Source: Chromatiales bacterium
GTDB taxonomy: Bacteria; Pseudomonadota; Gammaproteobacteria; Poriferisulfidales; Oxydemutatoraceae
Length of the DNA: 64,000 nt
Direction of reading: 5' to 3'
Assembly: GCA_014323925.1 (NCBI GenBank)
Contig: JACONC010000003.1
Location: 73 to 64,072, forward strand
Below are positions 38,382-49,075 of this stretch, in pieces (positions within the stretch are counted from its first letter, which is position 1; each line of letters opens with the position of its first letter). The notes below the pieces were generated by a model that worked only from the letters and a program-made list of their open reading frames with translations, had not been told where the DNA came from and ran no database searches. Made by a program: the position numbers and the translations under genes.

Positions 38382-39554
38382 ATGATGAAGCGCGTAGGAT
38401 TTTTGCTGGCATTGTACCTGTTACTTGTGGGCACTGCAATAGACGGTATAGCAGTAGAACGAGAGGAAGCGGAGATCAGTCTGGAAAAAGCCTTTGTCGA
38501 GATTGTCAAAGGCAATACACAACAAGCAAAAGCCATTTTAATAGACACGCTAGCAGATTATCCTGACTTTCATCTGGCAAGAATGATCTATGCTGATCTG
38601 GTGGCTGCACGAGCGCATCACCTTCCTCTGCTATCTGACCCGGCGGCGCAAGCCCGGACCCGTACAGCCGATTTAATTGAAGAGGCTGAAGCGCGCCTTG
38701 CATACAGGTTAAGCAATTCGGATAAATTACCTGCCAACATCGCTAAACTATCAAAATACCATCGCCACGCACTGTTGTTCGATGCTGACCACTCGCGTCT
38801 GTATGTCTTTGAAAATCACGATGGCACGCCATATCTGATAGGTGATTACTATGCATCCGCTGGCAAGGGTGGCATGAACAAAGCACATGAAGGGGATAAC
38901 CGTACACCCAGTGGCATCTATAAAATCACTGAGACATTAAATGACGATCAATTACCCGAACTATATGGTGCGGCGGCATATGTGCTGAATTACCCCAACC
39001 AGTGGGATAAAACACAAAACCGTAGCGGTTCTGGTATATGGCTACACGGCGTGCCGCGCATCACCTACAGCCGTCCGCCGAACAGCAGTCGCGGTTGCAT
39101 CGTCAGTAGCAATGCAGTTATAAAGCAATTAAAGCAAACCATTGTTGTCGCCCAAACGCCGGTGATATTAGCGATGCAAGTTGGCTGGCTAGATAAAACA
39201 CAATGGCAAAAACAACAAGCTCAACTATTATCGCACATCGCACAATGGCAAAGCGATTGGCAAAGCTTGGATACTGAGCAGTACTTAGATCACTATTCTC
39301 ATGAATACCAAGATATAAAGATGGATTATCAACAAATGCTCACTCAAACGCGGCGCAACGCAAAACGCAAAACCTTTGTTGAAGTGACTATAAAAAATAT
39401 AGATTTACTGCGCTATTCGACACAACCGCAACGCTATGTCGCGCAATTCGACCAGAATTATAAAAGCAACAATTACAACATCTCTTACCGCAAACAACAA
39501 ATATGGCAGCGCGAAGAGTCGGGCTGGAAAATTATTTTTGAAGGTCGCACCTAA
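38382..39554 (+). CDS. L,D-transpeptidase (YkuD-domain) family protein with C-terminal NTF2-like domain (EnhA-like)
   Basis: 390 aa with a signal peptide and the YkuD catalytic signature (…SGIWLHGVP…RPPNSSRGCIVSSNAVI, His…Cys). Confidence 0.65.
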   Translation: MMKRVGFLLALYLLLVGTAIDGIAVEREEAEISLEKAFVEIVKGNTQQAKAILIDTLADYPDFHLARMIYADLVAARAHHLPLLSDPAAQARTRTADLIEEAEARLAYRLSNSDKLPANIAKLSKYHRHALLFDADHSRLYVFENHDGTPYLIGDYYASAGKGGMNKAHEGDNRTPSGIYKITETLNDDQLPELYGAAAYVLNYPNQWDKTQNRSGSGIWLHGVPRITYSRPPNSSRGCIVSSNAVIKQLKQTIVVAQTPVILAMQVGWLDKTQWQKQQAQLLSHIAQWQSDWQSLDTEQYLDHYSHEYQDIKMDYQQMLTQTRRNAKRKTFVEVTIKNIDLLRYSTQPQRYVAQFDQNYKSNNYNISYRKQQIWQREESGWKIIFEGRT

Positions 39555-39567
39555 ACGATTAAAACGC

Positions 39568-40413
39568 TTAGTTAGATTTTGGGATGTTATAGCGTAGCCA
39601 ACGCACTAAATCGACCCACATCGTGCGTATGTCATCATCGCTAGGCATGTAACGCGCTGACTGCAATTCTATTGTCAAAACTGGTATGGCCATATCTTCC
39701 CCAGCATAGCGACCTAAAGAACCTGGGAAAGTATTTAGATCATGGAACTTTAACGGCCCCAGAGATGCCGGCGGTCGCACCGACGCTGGCCCATCGTAGT
39801 CGACTAAACCGTAGGGAGCATGTAGCGAGATAATTACATCGGGCTTAAAATTTTTAATTTCTTCAACCAGCCATCGGCTCTCACCTTCGCTAAGCGCCGC
39901 CGGCCCCGGGTAACGGCGTGCATCTCGGCCAGTGTGTTGTGTCCAATAAGATAAAGCATCGCTTGGCCAATCAGAGCTCGCTAGGTTTCTATTTAGGTCA
40001 ACTTGGTTAGCGTTGACTCGCGTAGCCGGGCTTTGTAGCAAACCATCTAAATTGATTGCTGGTGCGAAATGCCAATGAAACAATCCTGAATGATGCTTAT
40101 CCAATGTTGCCATCCACTTAAAGGCGACACTGAACGAAGCATATTCGTCGCCATGAATGCCACCAATGAACAACACTCGCGCATTGGGCTCTTTGCCAGC
40201 CAATGGCGGATATTCTTTATGTAGAATTGCTCGTCCTTGTGCGGTATAAGCACCGCTTTCCACCAACTGTAAATTCAAGCACTCTTGCACACTCACCGAA
40301 GATAGTTTATTACCAATTGATTGACAAGCTGATTGCACCGCAACACTCTGCTGTGCGCAGACGGAAGCTACAGCACAAATAATAAATATTGAAAATAAAA
40401 ACCGCATAACCAT
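39568..40413 (-). CDS. M14-family zinc carboxypeptidase / murein peptide amidase (MpaA-like)
   Basis: 281 aa with a signal peptide; zinc-binding FIGGIHGDEYAS motif and a later His (…ISLHAPYG…). Confidence 0.6.
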   Translation of the reverse strand: MVMRFLFSIFIICAVASVCAQQSVAVQSACQSIGNKLSSVSVQECLNLQLVESGAYTAQGRAILHKEYPPLAGKEPNARVLFIGGIHGDEYASFSVAFKWMATLDKHHSGLFHWHFAPAINLDGLLQSPATRVNANQVDLNRNLASSDWPSDALSYWTQHTGRDARRYPGPAALSEGESRWLVEEIKNFKPDVIISLHAPYGLVDYDGPASVRPPASLGPLKFHDLNTFPGSLGRYAGEDMAIPVLTIELQSARYMPSDDDIRTMWVDLVRWLRYNIPKSN

Positions 40414-40605
40414 AGAATTTTAACTGATAAAATAGTAAAAACTATTATCAACTCTCATTGTAATAAGATTAAAAGTCGGAAGCTAGCCGTTGGGTCGTTT
40501 TAGTATAAAAATGTTTTACCAAACGGTCAGGCGGTTTGCTATGCTAGGGCTGGCTGGCAGACGCTTAGGACAATTTTAACGGTACTACTCAACTTGTACG
40601 GATAA

Positions 40606-42279
40606 CTATCTGCGAGCTCGCACGCCCGGCATTCTGAGGGTGTGTCCGCTACGGATAGATTTTGAATAGCGCGAGGCATCGCTATTTAAGGAGGCGATAT
40701 ATTTTTTTAAGACCGGCAGATAGTCGCGTAGTTTTATAAAGTCGGAGCGAGCAATAAACATCAAGCGGCTTTCTTCAAGCGCAACCAATCGCCCAGTAGT
40801 CAGCACTTTCTCTTCTATAGTGCGTTCACCGAAATGATCGCCTGGTAAGATCTCTCTTGTGAATAGGCTGTCGCCTTCTTTAACTTCTATTTGCAGGCGG
40901 CCTTTGACCACGGTATACAGGCCGCGCAAAATCTGATTACTTTCAAAAACGACATCGCCGGATCTAAAGCGCATAAAGCAAGTACTGGAAGGTAAATGCT
41001 GTTGTATATGGACGATATTGCGTGGGAAGAAATAGTCAAATAGCCAGTTTAGCATGATACGCAGCCGCGCAACAGCACCAGGAAACATAGCCAGATAGAT
41101 AACTCTCCACAAAACCCAAGCTATAAATCCGGAGATACGCACCCCCTTAATTTCGGCAACACCGCTATAGTCACCTATTGAGGCGAGTGCACCGCGCGGT
41201 TTATAGGAAAACGCAGTCAACGGCCGATTTTGTATTTCTGCAGCTATATTCGCTGCCAGACAACGTGCTTGTTGAACTGCAAACTGGGCAGTTGGTGGGC
41301 AAGGACTGCCGCCAGTAGCTGCATTTGGCACCAGCGCAACATCCCCTAGCGCCCAGAGGTGGGGATAGCTACTGATGCGCAGTTTGTCATCTACCACCAA
41401 TCTACCGCGTTCAGTCGGCAAGCCTATATTTTTTAACATCTCTGGCAACGAGTTACCAACTGTGGAGACCACGGTATGGGTATGTATGACATCACCGTTG
41501 TTAAGTTCTACGGCATCTGCGGTCATCCCGGTGAGCATCGTATTGGTGATAATCTCAATGCCGCGAGATTCGAGTTTGCTACGCACATACTTAGAGAGTT
41601 TCTCCCCCATCTCTGGTAAAATTCTATCGCCGCTATGCACGAGTATCATACGTATACTTGCTTTATCTATGTGTGGATAAAAATCTAAAGCAAGGTGTAT
41701 CATTTCTTGTAGCTCACCAATCGTCTCAACACCGGAAAATCCACCACCACCGACGACGAAAGTTAGATTCTTCAAAATGGTTTGCTCATCTTTACTTGAG
41801 TCGGAGTTCTCCAAACATTCAATCACATGATTTCTTAGTAAATAGGCATCAGATAGATTCTTCATCACTAGGGCATGCTCGGCAAACCCCGGCAACATAG
41901 ACAATTCGGGCTCTAGCCCAGTTGCAATCACCAAATGGTCATAGGGTATTTCAGCCAACTTAGCATCGGGACTTTCGGCGACATAGACGCATTGCTTAGT
42001 TTTATCTATATCAAGCACTTCGGCGAAATGTACATCAATGCCTTTGAGCATCAAGCGTATTGGCAAGACCGCATCTTGTATATTTATAATACCTGATGCA
42101 ACTTCTGGTAGTAGTGGCTGGAAAACGAAATAGTTTTCGCGATTAATAATCTCTATGACATGGTCTTTACCAAGCAATTTATGCAAATATTTAGCTGTAT
42201 ATGCCCCTCCGAACCCAGCTCCAATAATAACCACACGCATATTTTTAATACAATTCCTCAATAACCATGCTTTAAGCAA
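40606..42279 (-). CDS. NDH-2-like FAD-dependent pyridine-nucleotide-disulfide oxidoreductase fused to a C-terminal cyclic-nucleotide-binding (CAP effector) domain
   Basis: 557 aa. Two dinucleotide-binding motifs (VVIIGAGFGGAYTA; FVVGGGGFSGVETIGEL) as in type II NADH dehydrogenases. The C-terminal ~130 aa carry the cNMP-binding β-roll pattern (…GDVVFESNQILRGLYTVVKGRLQIEVK…GDHFGERTIEE…). The likely real start is the Met at 42240 (MRVVIIGAG). Confidence 0.7.
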   Translation of the reverse strand: MLKAWLLRNCIKNMRVVIIGAGFGGAYTAKYLHKLLGKDHVIEIINRENYFVFQPLLPEVASGIINIQDAVLPIRLMLKGIDVHFAEVLDIDKTKQCVYVAESPDAKLAEIPYDHLVIATGLEPELSMLPGFAEHALVMKNLSDAYLLRNHVIECLENSDSSKDEQTILKNLTFVVGGGGFSGVETIGELQEMIHLALDFYPHIDKASIRMILVHSGDRILPEMGEKLSKYVRSKLESRGIEIITNTMLTGMTADAVELNNGDVIHTHTVVSTVGNSLPEMLKNIGLPTERGRLVVDDKLRISSYPHLWALGDVALVPNAATGGSPCPPTAQFAVQQARCLAANIAAEIQNRPLTAFSYKPRGALASIGDYSGVAEIKGVRISGFIAWVLWRVIYLAMFPGAVARLRIMLNWLFDYFFPRNIVHIQQHLPSSTCFMRFRSGDVVFESNQILRGLYTVVKGRLQIEVKEGDSLFTREILPGDHFGERTIEEKVLTTGRLVALEESRLMFIARSDFIKLRDYLPVLKKYIASLNSDASRYSKSIRSGHTLRMPGVRARR

Positions 42280-42439
42280 TTATTTTATAAGATAATGAAT
42301 AGTATTTGAAACTATAATGCCAAATCTCTAATAAAATATAAAAAAGGCTTGATTAGAAACCGTCCTTTCGTTTATGATAGCCCATTGCTTGGAAAGATGG
42401 GAAGAAATATTTCGAATTACCCAGATGTAAAATGTAAAA

Positions 42440-42868
42440 ATGAAAACATATAGTGCGAAAGCTAAGGAAATAAAGCGCAATTGGTATGTGGTTGATGCCA
42501 GTGGACAACCGCTTGGTAGGCTGGCATCGGAAATTGCTAAGCGTTTGCGCGGTAAGCATAAGCCGCAATACACCCCGCATGTTGATGTCGGCGACCATAT
42601 TATTGTTATAAATGCTACACAAGTGGCAGTGTCGGGAAACAAGATGCGCGATAAAATTTATTACCGTCATAGCGGCTATACTGGTTCTATAAAATCACAG
42701 TCGTTGGAAAAGCTATTGGCCGAACATCCTGAGCGAGTAATAGAAAATGCGATTAGAGGCATGCTACCGAAAAACCCCTTGGGTCGAGCAATGTTTCGCA
42801 AACTACGAGTGTATGCTGGTAGTGATTATCAGCAAACTGCCCAGCAACCGCAAGCCCTGAGGATTTGA
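42440..42868 (+). CDS. rplM: 50S ribosomal protein L13
   Basis: 142 aa; [33 protein letters not shown]… canonical L13. Confidence 0.95.
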   Translation: MKTYSAKAKEIKRNWYVVDASGQPLGRLASEIAKRLRGKHKPQYTPHVDVGDHIIVINATQVAVSGNKMRDKIYYRHSGYTGSIKSQSLEKLLAEHPERVIENAIRGMLPKNPLGRAMFRKLRVYAGSDYQQTAQQPQALRI

Positions 42869-42869
42869 C

Positions 42870-43301
42870 ATGCCTGAGATCTCTGAGACCAACAGCAAAA
42901 AAGCAAATCAAAGCGTACGTTATTATGGAACTGGACGGCGCAAAGCATCAGTTGCACGCGTTTATATGAAAACCGAAGGTCAGGGTACAGTACGTATAAA
43001 CCGTCGCGACCTGAACGATTATTTCACCCGCGAAACTACGCGCATGTTGGTGCATCAACCGCTCGAAACACTTCACGGCAAAGAGAAATTCGATTTTGAA
43101 ATCACTGTTAAAGGCGGTGGTATTAGCGGCCAAGCAGGTGCTATACAACTGGGTATTGCCCGTGCCTTGGTTCGCTATAAGCAAGAGTTTAGGAAACTAT
43201 TGCGCGAAAGAGGCTTTTTAACTCGCGACGCTCGCGTCGTCGAACGCAAGAAAGTGGGATTGCGCAAGGCGCGAAAAGACGAGCAATACTCCAAACGTTA
43301 G
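42870..43301 (+). CDS. rpsI: 30S ribosomal protein S9
   Basis: 143 aa; …[15 protein letters not shown]… and C-terminal …[11 protein letters not shown]. Has a short N-terminal extension relative to typical S9. Confidence 0.95.
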   Translation: MPEISETNSKKANQSVRYYGTGRRKASVARVYMKTEGQGTVRINRRDLNDYFTRETTRMLVHQPLETLHGKEKFDFEITVKGGGISGQAGAIQLGIARALVRYKQEFRKLLRERGFLTRDARVVERKKVGLRKARKDEQYSKR

Positions 43302-43310
43302 AGTCCGACT

Positions 43311-43646
43311 ATGTATGCAATTATTAAAACCGGCGGCAAGCAATATAAGGTCTGTAAAGGCGACCATATACAAATTGATAAGTTGGAAGTTGCCGCTGAT
43401 AGTACAGTGCACTTTGATAAGGTTTTAGTGCTAAGCGATGCTGACGATGTTAACATCGGCACACCGTATTTGGCGGATACTGTGGTGTCAGGTAAGGTAG
43501 TACGTTCTGCGAAAAAAAATAAAATAAAAGTCATTAAGTTTAAGCGGCGCAAATGCTATACGCGCACCGCCGGACACCGTCAAGCATTTAGCGAGATAGA
43601 GATTACCGATATTAAAAAGACATCAGGAGAGGATAGTGGCACATAA
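43311..43646 (+). CDS. rplU: 50S ribosomal protein L21
   Basis: 111 aa; [14 protein letters not shown]…. Confidence 0.95.
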   Translation: MYAIIKTGGKQYKVCKGDHIQIDKLEVAADSTVHFDKVLVLSDADDVNIGTPYLADTVVSGKVVRSAKKNKIKVIKFKRRKCYTRTAGHRQAFSEIEITDIKKTSGEDSGT

Positions 43647-43893
43647 AAAAGCTGGTGGTAGTTCTCGCAACGGTCGTGATTCGCAATCTAAACGTTTAGG
43701 CGTCAAGCGATACGGCGGGGAGATCGTCAAAGCAGGCAATATACTAGTACGCCAACGCGGTAGTGGCTTTCATGCTGGTAGCAATGTCGGCTGTGGCAAC
43801 GATTATACACTCTATGCGCTGACTGCCGGTCGGGTGGTTTTTGAACGTAAGGGGCCACTCAACAAGAACTATATTAGCATTCTCCCCACTTAG
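43636..43893 (+). CDS. rpmA: 50S ribosomal protein L27
   Basis: 85 aa; [24 protein letters not shown]…. Confidence 0.95.
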   Translation: MAHKKAGGSSRNGRDSQSKRLGVKRYGGEIVKAGNILVRQRGSGFHAGSNVGCGNDYTLYALTAGRVVFERKGPLNKNYISILPT

Positions 43894-43968
43894 TTCACCG
43901 TAGCAGCGTGATAACATGATCACGCACGCATTGATATAATTCATCGTTCATGCGATGTTATTCCAAGG

Positions 43969-44997
43969 ATGAAGTTTGTTGACGAAGCGACAATTACTGT
44001 GCAAGCCGGCAGGGGTGGTGATGGCTGTGTTAGTTTTCGCCGAGAACGTTGTCTGCCATACGGTGGTCCGAATGGTGGCGACGGCGGTGACGGTGGTTCG
44101 GTCTATCTCATTGGGGATGAGGGTCTAAACACATTGGTTGATTTTAGACATCGCCCGCTATTCAAAGCAGCCGACGGTGCGAGAGGACAAGGCTCTAATC
44201 GCAACGGTAAACAAGGTACCGACTTATTCGTTAGGGTACCTACCGGCACAGCTGTTCATTATCAACCGACCGGCGAGTGCATCGGTGATATTTTAGAACA
44301 TCGCAAGCAGCTACTGGTTGCCGTCGGTGGTCGACATGGTTTGGGCAACACTCGTTTTAAGTCGTCGACCAACCGTGCCCCTAGACAATTTACTCGTGGC
44401 GAAGTGGGTGAAAGCCGAATACTATATCTAGAGTTAAAATTGCTCGCCGATGTCGGTTTACTAGGCTTGCCGAATGCCGGCAAGTCTACTTTGCTAAGTG
44501 CTGTTAGTTCAGCACACCCGCGTATTGCTAATTATCCGTTTACCACATTGTATCCGACACTTGGTGTCGTTCAAGCATCGGCGTACCATAGCTTCGTGAT
44601 GGCTGATATTCCTGGTCTCATTGAAGGTGCATCTGAGGGTGCCGGTTTAGGCATACAGTTTCTAAGACATTTACGGCGCACGCGATTACTATTGCATCTA
44701 TTAGATATTGGTACGGTTGAATCAGTTGCCGCCGCCGCGCATAATATACGCTGCATAGAAAAAGAAATATCTAATTTTGATGAACAACTAGGTACTAAGG
44801 AGCGATGGTTGATTTGCACAAAAGCTGACAATATGACTGACGAAAAAGTGAAGAGATTTTGCGGCAAGTTGATTGACAAAATCGCCACCAAGCAACCTTG
44901 TTTTGCAATTTCCGCAATCAGTAGCAAAGGATTGCCTGAATTAATCAACGCGTTATCAGCACGATTAGCACAAATGGATGATGAACGAGAACATTAA
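43969..44997 (+). CDS. obg: GTPase Obg/CgtA
   Basis: 342 aa; Obg fold N-terminus (MKFVDEATITVQAGRGGDGCVSFRRE) and G-domain motifs (GLPNAGKST, DIPGLIEGA, TKAD). Confidence 0.95.
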   Translation: MKFVDEATITVQAGRGGDGCVSFRRERCLPYGGPNGGDGGDGGSVYLIGDEGLNTLVDFRHRPLFKAADGARGQGSNRNGKQGTDLFVRVPTGTAVHYQPTGECIGDILEHRKQLLVAVGGRHGLGNTRFKSSTNRAPRQFTRGEVGESRILYLELKLLADVGLLGLPNAGKSTLLSAVSSAHPRIANYPFTTLYPTLGVVQASAYHSFVMADIPGLIEGASEGAGLGIQFLRHLRRTRLLLHLLDIGTVESVAAAAHNIRCIEKEISNFDEQLGTKERWLICTKADNMTDEKVKRFCGKLIDKIATKQPCFAISAISSKGLPELINALSARLAQMDDEREH

Positions 44998-46099
44998 AAA
45001 CAAATGCTGGATTATTAAGATAGGCAGTTCTCTGGTTACCCGCGGTGGCTGCGGCTTGAATCTTGATGCAATACACATCTGGTCTATGCAGATCAGGATG
45101 CTTCGAGATCGTGGCTATCGTATTGGTGTTGTGTCTTCCGGCTCTATTGCTGAGGGTATCCACCGTTTAGGATGGCGCACGCGGCCCGACAAACTGCACC
45201 ACTTGCAAGCAGCAGCTGCAGTCGGACAAATCGGCTTGATGCAAGCCTACCACTCAATCTTTGAGCAGCAGGGTTTGGGCAGCGCACAAATACTATTGAC
45301 GCACGCCGATCTGAGCCATCGCTTGCGTTATAACAATGCACGTGCAACATTGCTATCGTTGTTTGAGATAGGCACAGTTCCGATAATCAACGAGAATGAC
45401 ACCGTTGCAACCGAAGAAATACGATTGGGTGACAACGACACACTCGCAGCCCAGGTAGCTAATTTAGTCGATGCCGATATATTGCTAATGCTAACCGATC
45501 AAGCAGGATTATACGATGGTGATCCGGCGGCTGACAGTCATGCTAAAGTTGTCTCACATAAAAATGCTTTTGACCCTGCTCTAGATAAGATTGCCGGGCC
45601 GAGCGCAAGCGGCTTGGGGCGAGGTGGGATGATTACCAAAATTAAAGCAGCCCGTACCGCTGCCTGGTCTGGCACCTCAACGATCATCGCTCACGGTATG
45701 GAGGATCAAGTCATGGTGCGTATTGCCGACGGTGAGAAGCTAGGTACTTATTTGGAGGGGACAAGCCAACCAATTACATTGCGCAAAAGATGGATTGCCA
45801 ATCTAAAGGCGCAAGGTGCATTAATAATTGATAACGGTGCGGTTTGGGCATTGCGTGATCGACAAAAGAGTTTGTTGCCTATTGGTGTGGTTGCTGTGGA
45901 AGGCAGTTTTAATTGCGGCGATATGGTGTTATGCAAAGATAGCGAGGGTGCCGTTATTGCCTATGGTCTATCTAACTATAACGCGCAGGATGCCCGTAGC
46001 ATCGCTGGTAAAAATAGCTACCATATAGAGGCTCTGATGGGAGATCGTTATAAAGCGGAGATCATACATCGCGATAATCTAACCCTGAAAGGTGGTTGA
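44978..46099 (+). CDS. proB: Glutamate 5-kinase (with C-terminal PUA domain)
   Basis: 373 aa; amino-acid-kinase fold (…WIIKIGSSLVT…) plus a PUA domain. 20-nt overlap with obg, the canonical obg-proB arrangement. Confidence 0.9.
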   Translation: MMNENIKNKCWIIKIGSSLVTRGGCGLNLDAIHIWSMQIRMLRDRGYRIGVVSSGSIAEGIHRLGWRTRPDKLHHLQAAAAVGQIGLMQAYHSIFEQQGLGSAQILLTHADLSHRLRYNNARATLLSLFEIGTVPIINENDTVATEEIRLGDNDTLAAQVANLVDADILLMLTDQAGLYDGDPAADSHAKVVSHKNAFDPALDKIAGPSASGLGRGGMITKIKAARTAAWSGTSTIIAHGMEDQVMVRIADGEKLGTYLEGTSQPITLRKRWIANLKAQGALIIDNGAVWALRDRQKSLLPIGVVAVEGSFNCGDMVLCKDSEGAVIAYGLSNYNAQDARSIAGKNSYHIEALMGDRYKAEIIHRDNLTLKGG

Positions 46100-46136
46100 A
46101 CGGCAAGCCAATGGCGCCGACTTTCAGTTAAGACAG

Positions 46137-46397
46137 TTAAGAATTGCGCAGTAGATTATTTAAGCGACTCTTATGACGCGCCGCTTTATTTTTATGAATC
46201 AAATGCTTGGTGACACCGGAATCAATCAGTGGTAACGCATTTTTATAGGCTTCTTTGGCGCGGTCTTTATCACCTGTAGCGACTGCATTGACTACGCTTT
46301 TGATTGCTGTTCTAAGGCGCGAGCGCAACATAACATTATGCTGTCTATGTTGCTCCGCTTGCCGCGCACGCTTGCGCGCCGATGCACTATTTGCCAT
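46137..46397 (-). CDS. rpsT: 30S ribosomal protein S20
   Basis: 86 aa; [21 protein letters not shown]…. Confidence 0.9.
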   Translation of the reverse strand: MANSASARKRARQAEQHRQHNVMLRSRLRTAIKSVVNAVATGDKDRAKEAYKNALPLIDSGVTKHLIHKNKAARHKSRLNNLLRNS

Positions 46398-46482
46398 ATT
46401 TACTCCGTTCTATTGCTAAAATCAACAGCAATTATAGAAGGTAGAGCATAGTTTGTCAAAGCAATGTACGATGCTTGTAAGC

Positions 46483-46554
46483 ACAGGTATATTTAGCTTC
46501 GGCTTATTTACTGTAAGCGAAACCCTTGGGCATATGCAGTGTCTAGGAAGCCAG
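46483..46554 (+). repeat. IS110-like terminal repeat copy (core plus ~25-bp extension)
   Basis: caggtatatttagcttcggcttatttactgtaagcgaaacccttgggcatatgcagtg… is the reverse-complement match to 18632-18700 (4 mismatches over the 47-bp core, with extension similarity). Sits between the rpsT promoter region and tRNA-Pro. Confidence 0.5.
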
Positions 46555-46682
46555 ATCAAAGGCTACTTTTTGAATAGTCCGAGACCTATATAGTCTCCCT
46601 AGTCAAGTTATAATTTCCTTTGCTCCTGCAGCCTTTCGTTAGCACCAAGCAACGCATTATATGCTATAGTTATCAATCTAGT

Positions 46683-46759
46683 CGGAGTGTAGCTCAGTTT
46701 GGTAGAGTACTGCCTTCGGGAGGCAGGGGTCGGAGGTTCAAATCCTCTCACTCCGACCA
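46683..46759 (+). tRNA. tRNA-Pro (anticodon CGG)
   Basis: Cloverleaf by inspection: acceptor CGGAGTG/CACTCCG, D-arm GCTC-AGTTTGGTA-GAGT, anticodon arm CTGCC-TTCGGGA-GGCAG (CGG), T-arm GGAGG-TTCAAAT-CCTCT. Discriminator A73 and C1:G72 typical of bacterial tRNA-Pro. CCA encoded. Confidence 0.9.
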
Positions 46760-46938
46760 GTTATAACCGATATATCTTAAATCTACACATATTTTATTGC
46801 CAAGCCTAGAAGAGTGGTTTGAGCGTAAAAGCATTATCCTATCTATAAAAATGTATTTGGTCGCCGAGAAGCGACAGTTCATCGGTATTTTTTAATCATC
46901 AGTGTTCAAGCTGTACATAATAGTTACTTTATAAGGAG

Positions 46939-47616
46939 ATGCTTATGACTATTAAACACTGGCCGGATAAAGAGAGACCACGTGAGAAGCTACTTGCCTA
47001 TGGAGTGGAGAACCTATCCGATGCAGAACTATTAGCAATCTTGATCAATTCCGGCACATCCGGAATTTCAGCTATTGATCTTGCGCGACAGTTATTGAAA
47101 AATTTCGGTAGCCTACGAGCTATTGCAAAAGCAAATAAAAAAGATCTATGTCGTAATAAAGGTATAGGCGATGTGTACTATGCGCGGCTACAAGCAGCAC
47201 TTGAGATTACCAGACGTATGTTGTTGGAATCCATGAAGAAAAAAGATACTGTTGCTAGTCCCGATAGGGCGCGTAAATACTTAACCTTAAAGATGCGTAA
47301 CTATTCCTACGAGGTTTTTGCGTGCTTATTCCTCGATAATCAGCATCGTGTTATTGCTTTTGAGGAATTGTTTCGTGGCACTATAGACGGTGCCAGCGTG
47401 CACCCTAGAGAAGTTGTTAAACGTACTCTGCATCACAATGCAGCGGCGGTTATCTTGGTTCACAATCATCCCTCTGGATCTAGCGAACCCTCTCATGCTG
47501 ATCGCCATATAACCGAAGAATTAAAGAATGCTCTGGCATTAATTGATGTGCGTATACTAGATCATTTCGTAGTTGGTGAAAAAGTAACATCATTTACTGA
47601 GTCAAATTTGCTTTGA
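46939..47616 (+). CDS. radC: RadC-family JAB/MPN domain protein
   Basis: 225 aa; N-terminal helix-hairpin-helix region and JAMM motif …VHNHPSGSSEPSHAD…. Confidence 0.85.
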   Translation: MLMTIKHWPDKERPREKLLAYGVENLSDAELLAILINSGTSGISAIDLARQLLKNFGSLRAIAKANKKDLCRNKGIGDVYYARLQAALEITRRMLLESMKKKDTVASPDRARKYLTLKMRNYSYEVFACLFLDNQHRVIAFEELFRGTIDGASVHPREVVKRTLHHNAAAVILVHNHPSGSSEPSHADRHITEELKNALALIDVRILDHFVVGEKVTSFTESNLL

Positions 47617-47697
47617 TAGTTATTAGGCAGTGTTTGGCTCTATCGTCAGATGAATCCAGAACTTTGTATTATAATGTTTCATCGTAAAGGAAACATT

Positions 47698-48174
47698 ATG
47701 CGAAAAATACCGATAACTAAATTAGGAGCAGAGAGGCTTAGGGAAGAGTTAAAACGCCTTAAAACCGTAGAACGGCGAAAAATAATTGACGCAATTTCTA
47801 CTGCCCGTGAACATGGCGACCTTAAAGAAAATGCCGAATACCATGCAGCACGAGAACGGCAAAGTTTCATAGAAGGACGCATTAAAGATATAGAATTCCA
47901 TCTATCCGAGAGCGATATTATTGATATTCTAAAACTCAAGCACCATAACACTATAGTATTTGGTGCAACAGTTATGCTGCGGGAAATAGATACCGAAACG
48001 GAGTATTTATATCAAATTGTCGGAGAAATAGAGGCTGACATCAAGCAAGATAAAATATCAGTGACATCGCCCTTAGCGAGAGCAATGATCGGCAAGTCGC
48101 AAGGCGACGATATTTTTGTAGAAACCCCGAACGGTAAAAAGACATACCAAGTTATAGCGTTCAACTACGCTTAA
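47698..48174 (+). CDS. greA: Transcription elongation factor GreA
   Basis: [66 protein letters not shown]… is colinear with GreA. The ORF track starts at 47650, but the GreA-like start is the Met at 47698 (159 aa). Confidence 0.9.
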   Translation: MRKIPITKLGAERLREELKRLKTVERRKIIDAISTAREHGDLKENAEYHAARERQSFIEGRIKDIEFHLSESDIIDILKLKHHNTIVFGATVMLREIDTETEYLYQIVGEIEADIKQDKISVTSPLARAMIGKSQGDDIFVETPNGKKTYQVIAFNYA

Positions 48175-48376
48175 TCCAATAGAATATTCAATCTAAATTG
48201 CTTACTCAGACATCTACAGCGATGATGATTTAACCTTATTCGATAACTACATAACTTTATTTGGTCTGTTTTTTTCTACCGTTCAAAGGTTTATACAGAA
48301 AATATAGTTGTATAAAGACTAAAAATATGTGTGAGGTTGCTTTGCTAGTTAATCTCTTAGCAGATACCTGCCAACG

Positions 48377-49075
48377 ATGCCGCTTATGAATATTTTCAGT
48401 GACTCTATATTTCCAAGCTATTGTCCGGTATGTTTGAATACCGTTAATACCACAGGTTTATGCCGAAACTGTCTGTCCAGTTTAGTTCCCGCAGCACCAG
48501 GTTGCCGAATATGTCTCGCACCAATTGCACAACACGAGGATAGCATCTGTGTGCGTTGTTCGGCCGGTGTGCCTTTTGATAGAGTTTATGCTTTGACTCG
48601 TTATAGACCGCCGCTGAGTGATGTAATTTGTAGATTGAAATATCGCAGCGATATAAATTTAGCTAAAATACTCGGCACATTACTTACAGATCATCTAAAG
48701 AAGTACAATCCAACACTACCTGAATTACTCACCACTGTACCTCTACATAAAGGCCGCATAAAACAAAGAGGATTTAATCAAGCTGTAGAAATTGCACGCA
48801 CGGTATCCGCACAACTACGCATAAAAGCGGATTACCGTTGTATAGAGAAATCTAAAGTTACTCCGCTACAAACCACGCTGAACTCCCATCAGCGTCGGCA
48901 TAACTTAAAGAGGGCTTTCCGTTTACATCATCCACTTTATGCAAAATCGGTTGCGGTACTAGACGATGTGATGACTACTGGTGCAACCGTATCTGAGATA
49001 GCATCGTTATTAAAAACAAATGGTGTGTCTCGTGTTGAAGTGTGGGTGTTGGCAAGAACTGCACCTTCACTTTAA
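48377..49075 (+). CDS. comF: ComF-family protein (zinc-finger plus phosphoribosyltransferase domain)
   Basis: 232 aa; N-terminal Cys4 cluster (CPVCLN…CRNCL) and C-terminal PRTase motif (VAVLDDVMTTGATV). Confidence 0.7.
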   Translation: MPLMNIFSDSIFPSYCPVCLNTVNTTGLCRNCLSSLVPAAPGCRICLAPIAQHEDSICVRCSAGVPFDRVYALTRYRPPLSDVICRLKYRSDINLAKILGTLLTDHLKKYNPTLPELLTTVPLHKGRIKQRGFNQAVEIARTVSAQLRIKADYRCIEKSKVTPLQTTLNSHQRRHNLKRAFRLHHPLYAKSVAVLDDVMTTGATVSEIASLLKTNGVSRVEVWVLARTAPSL

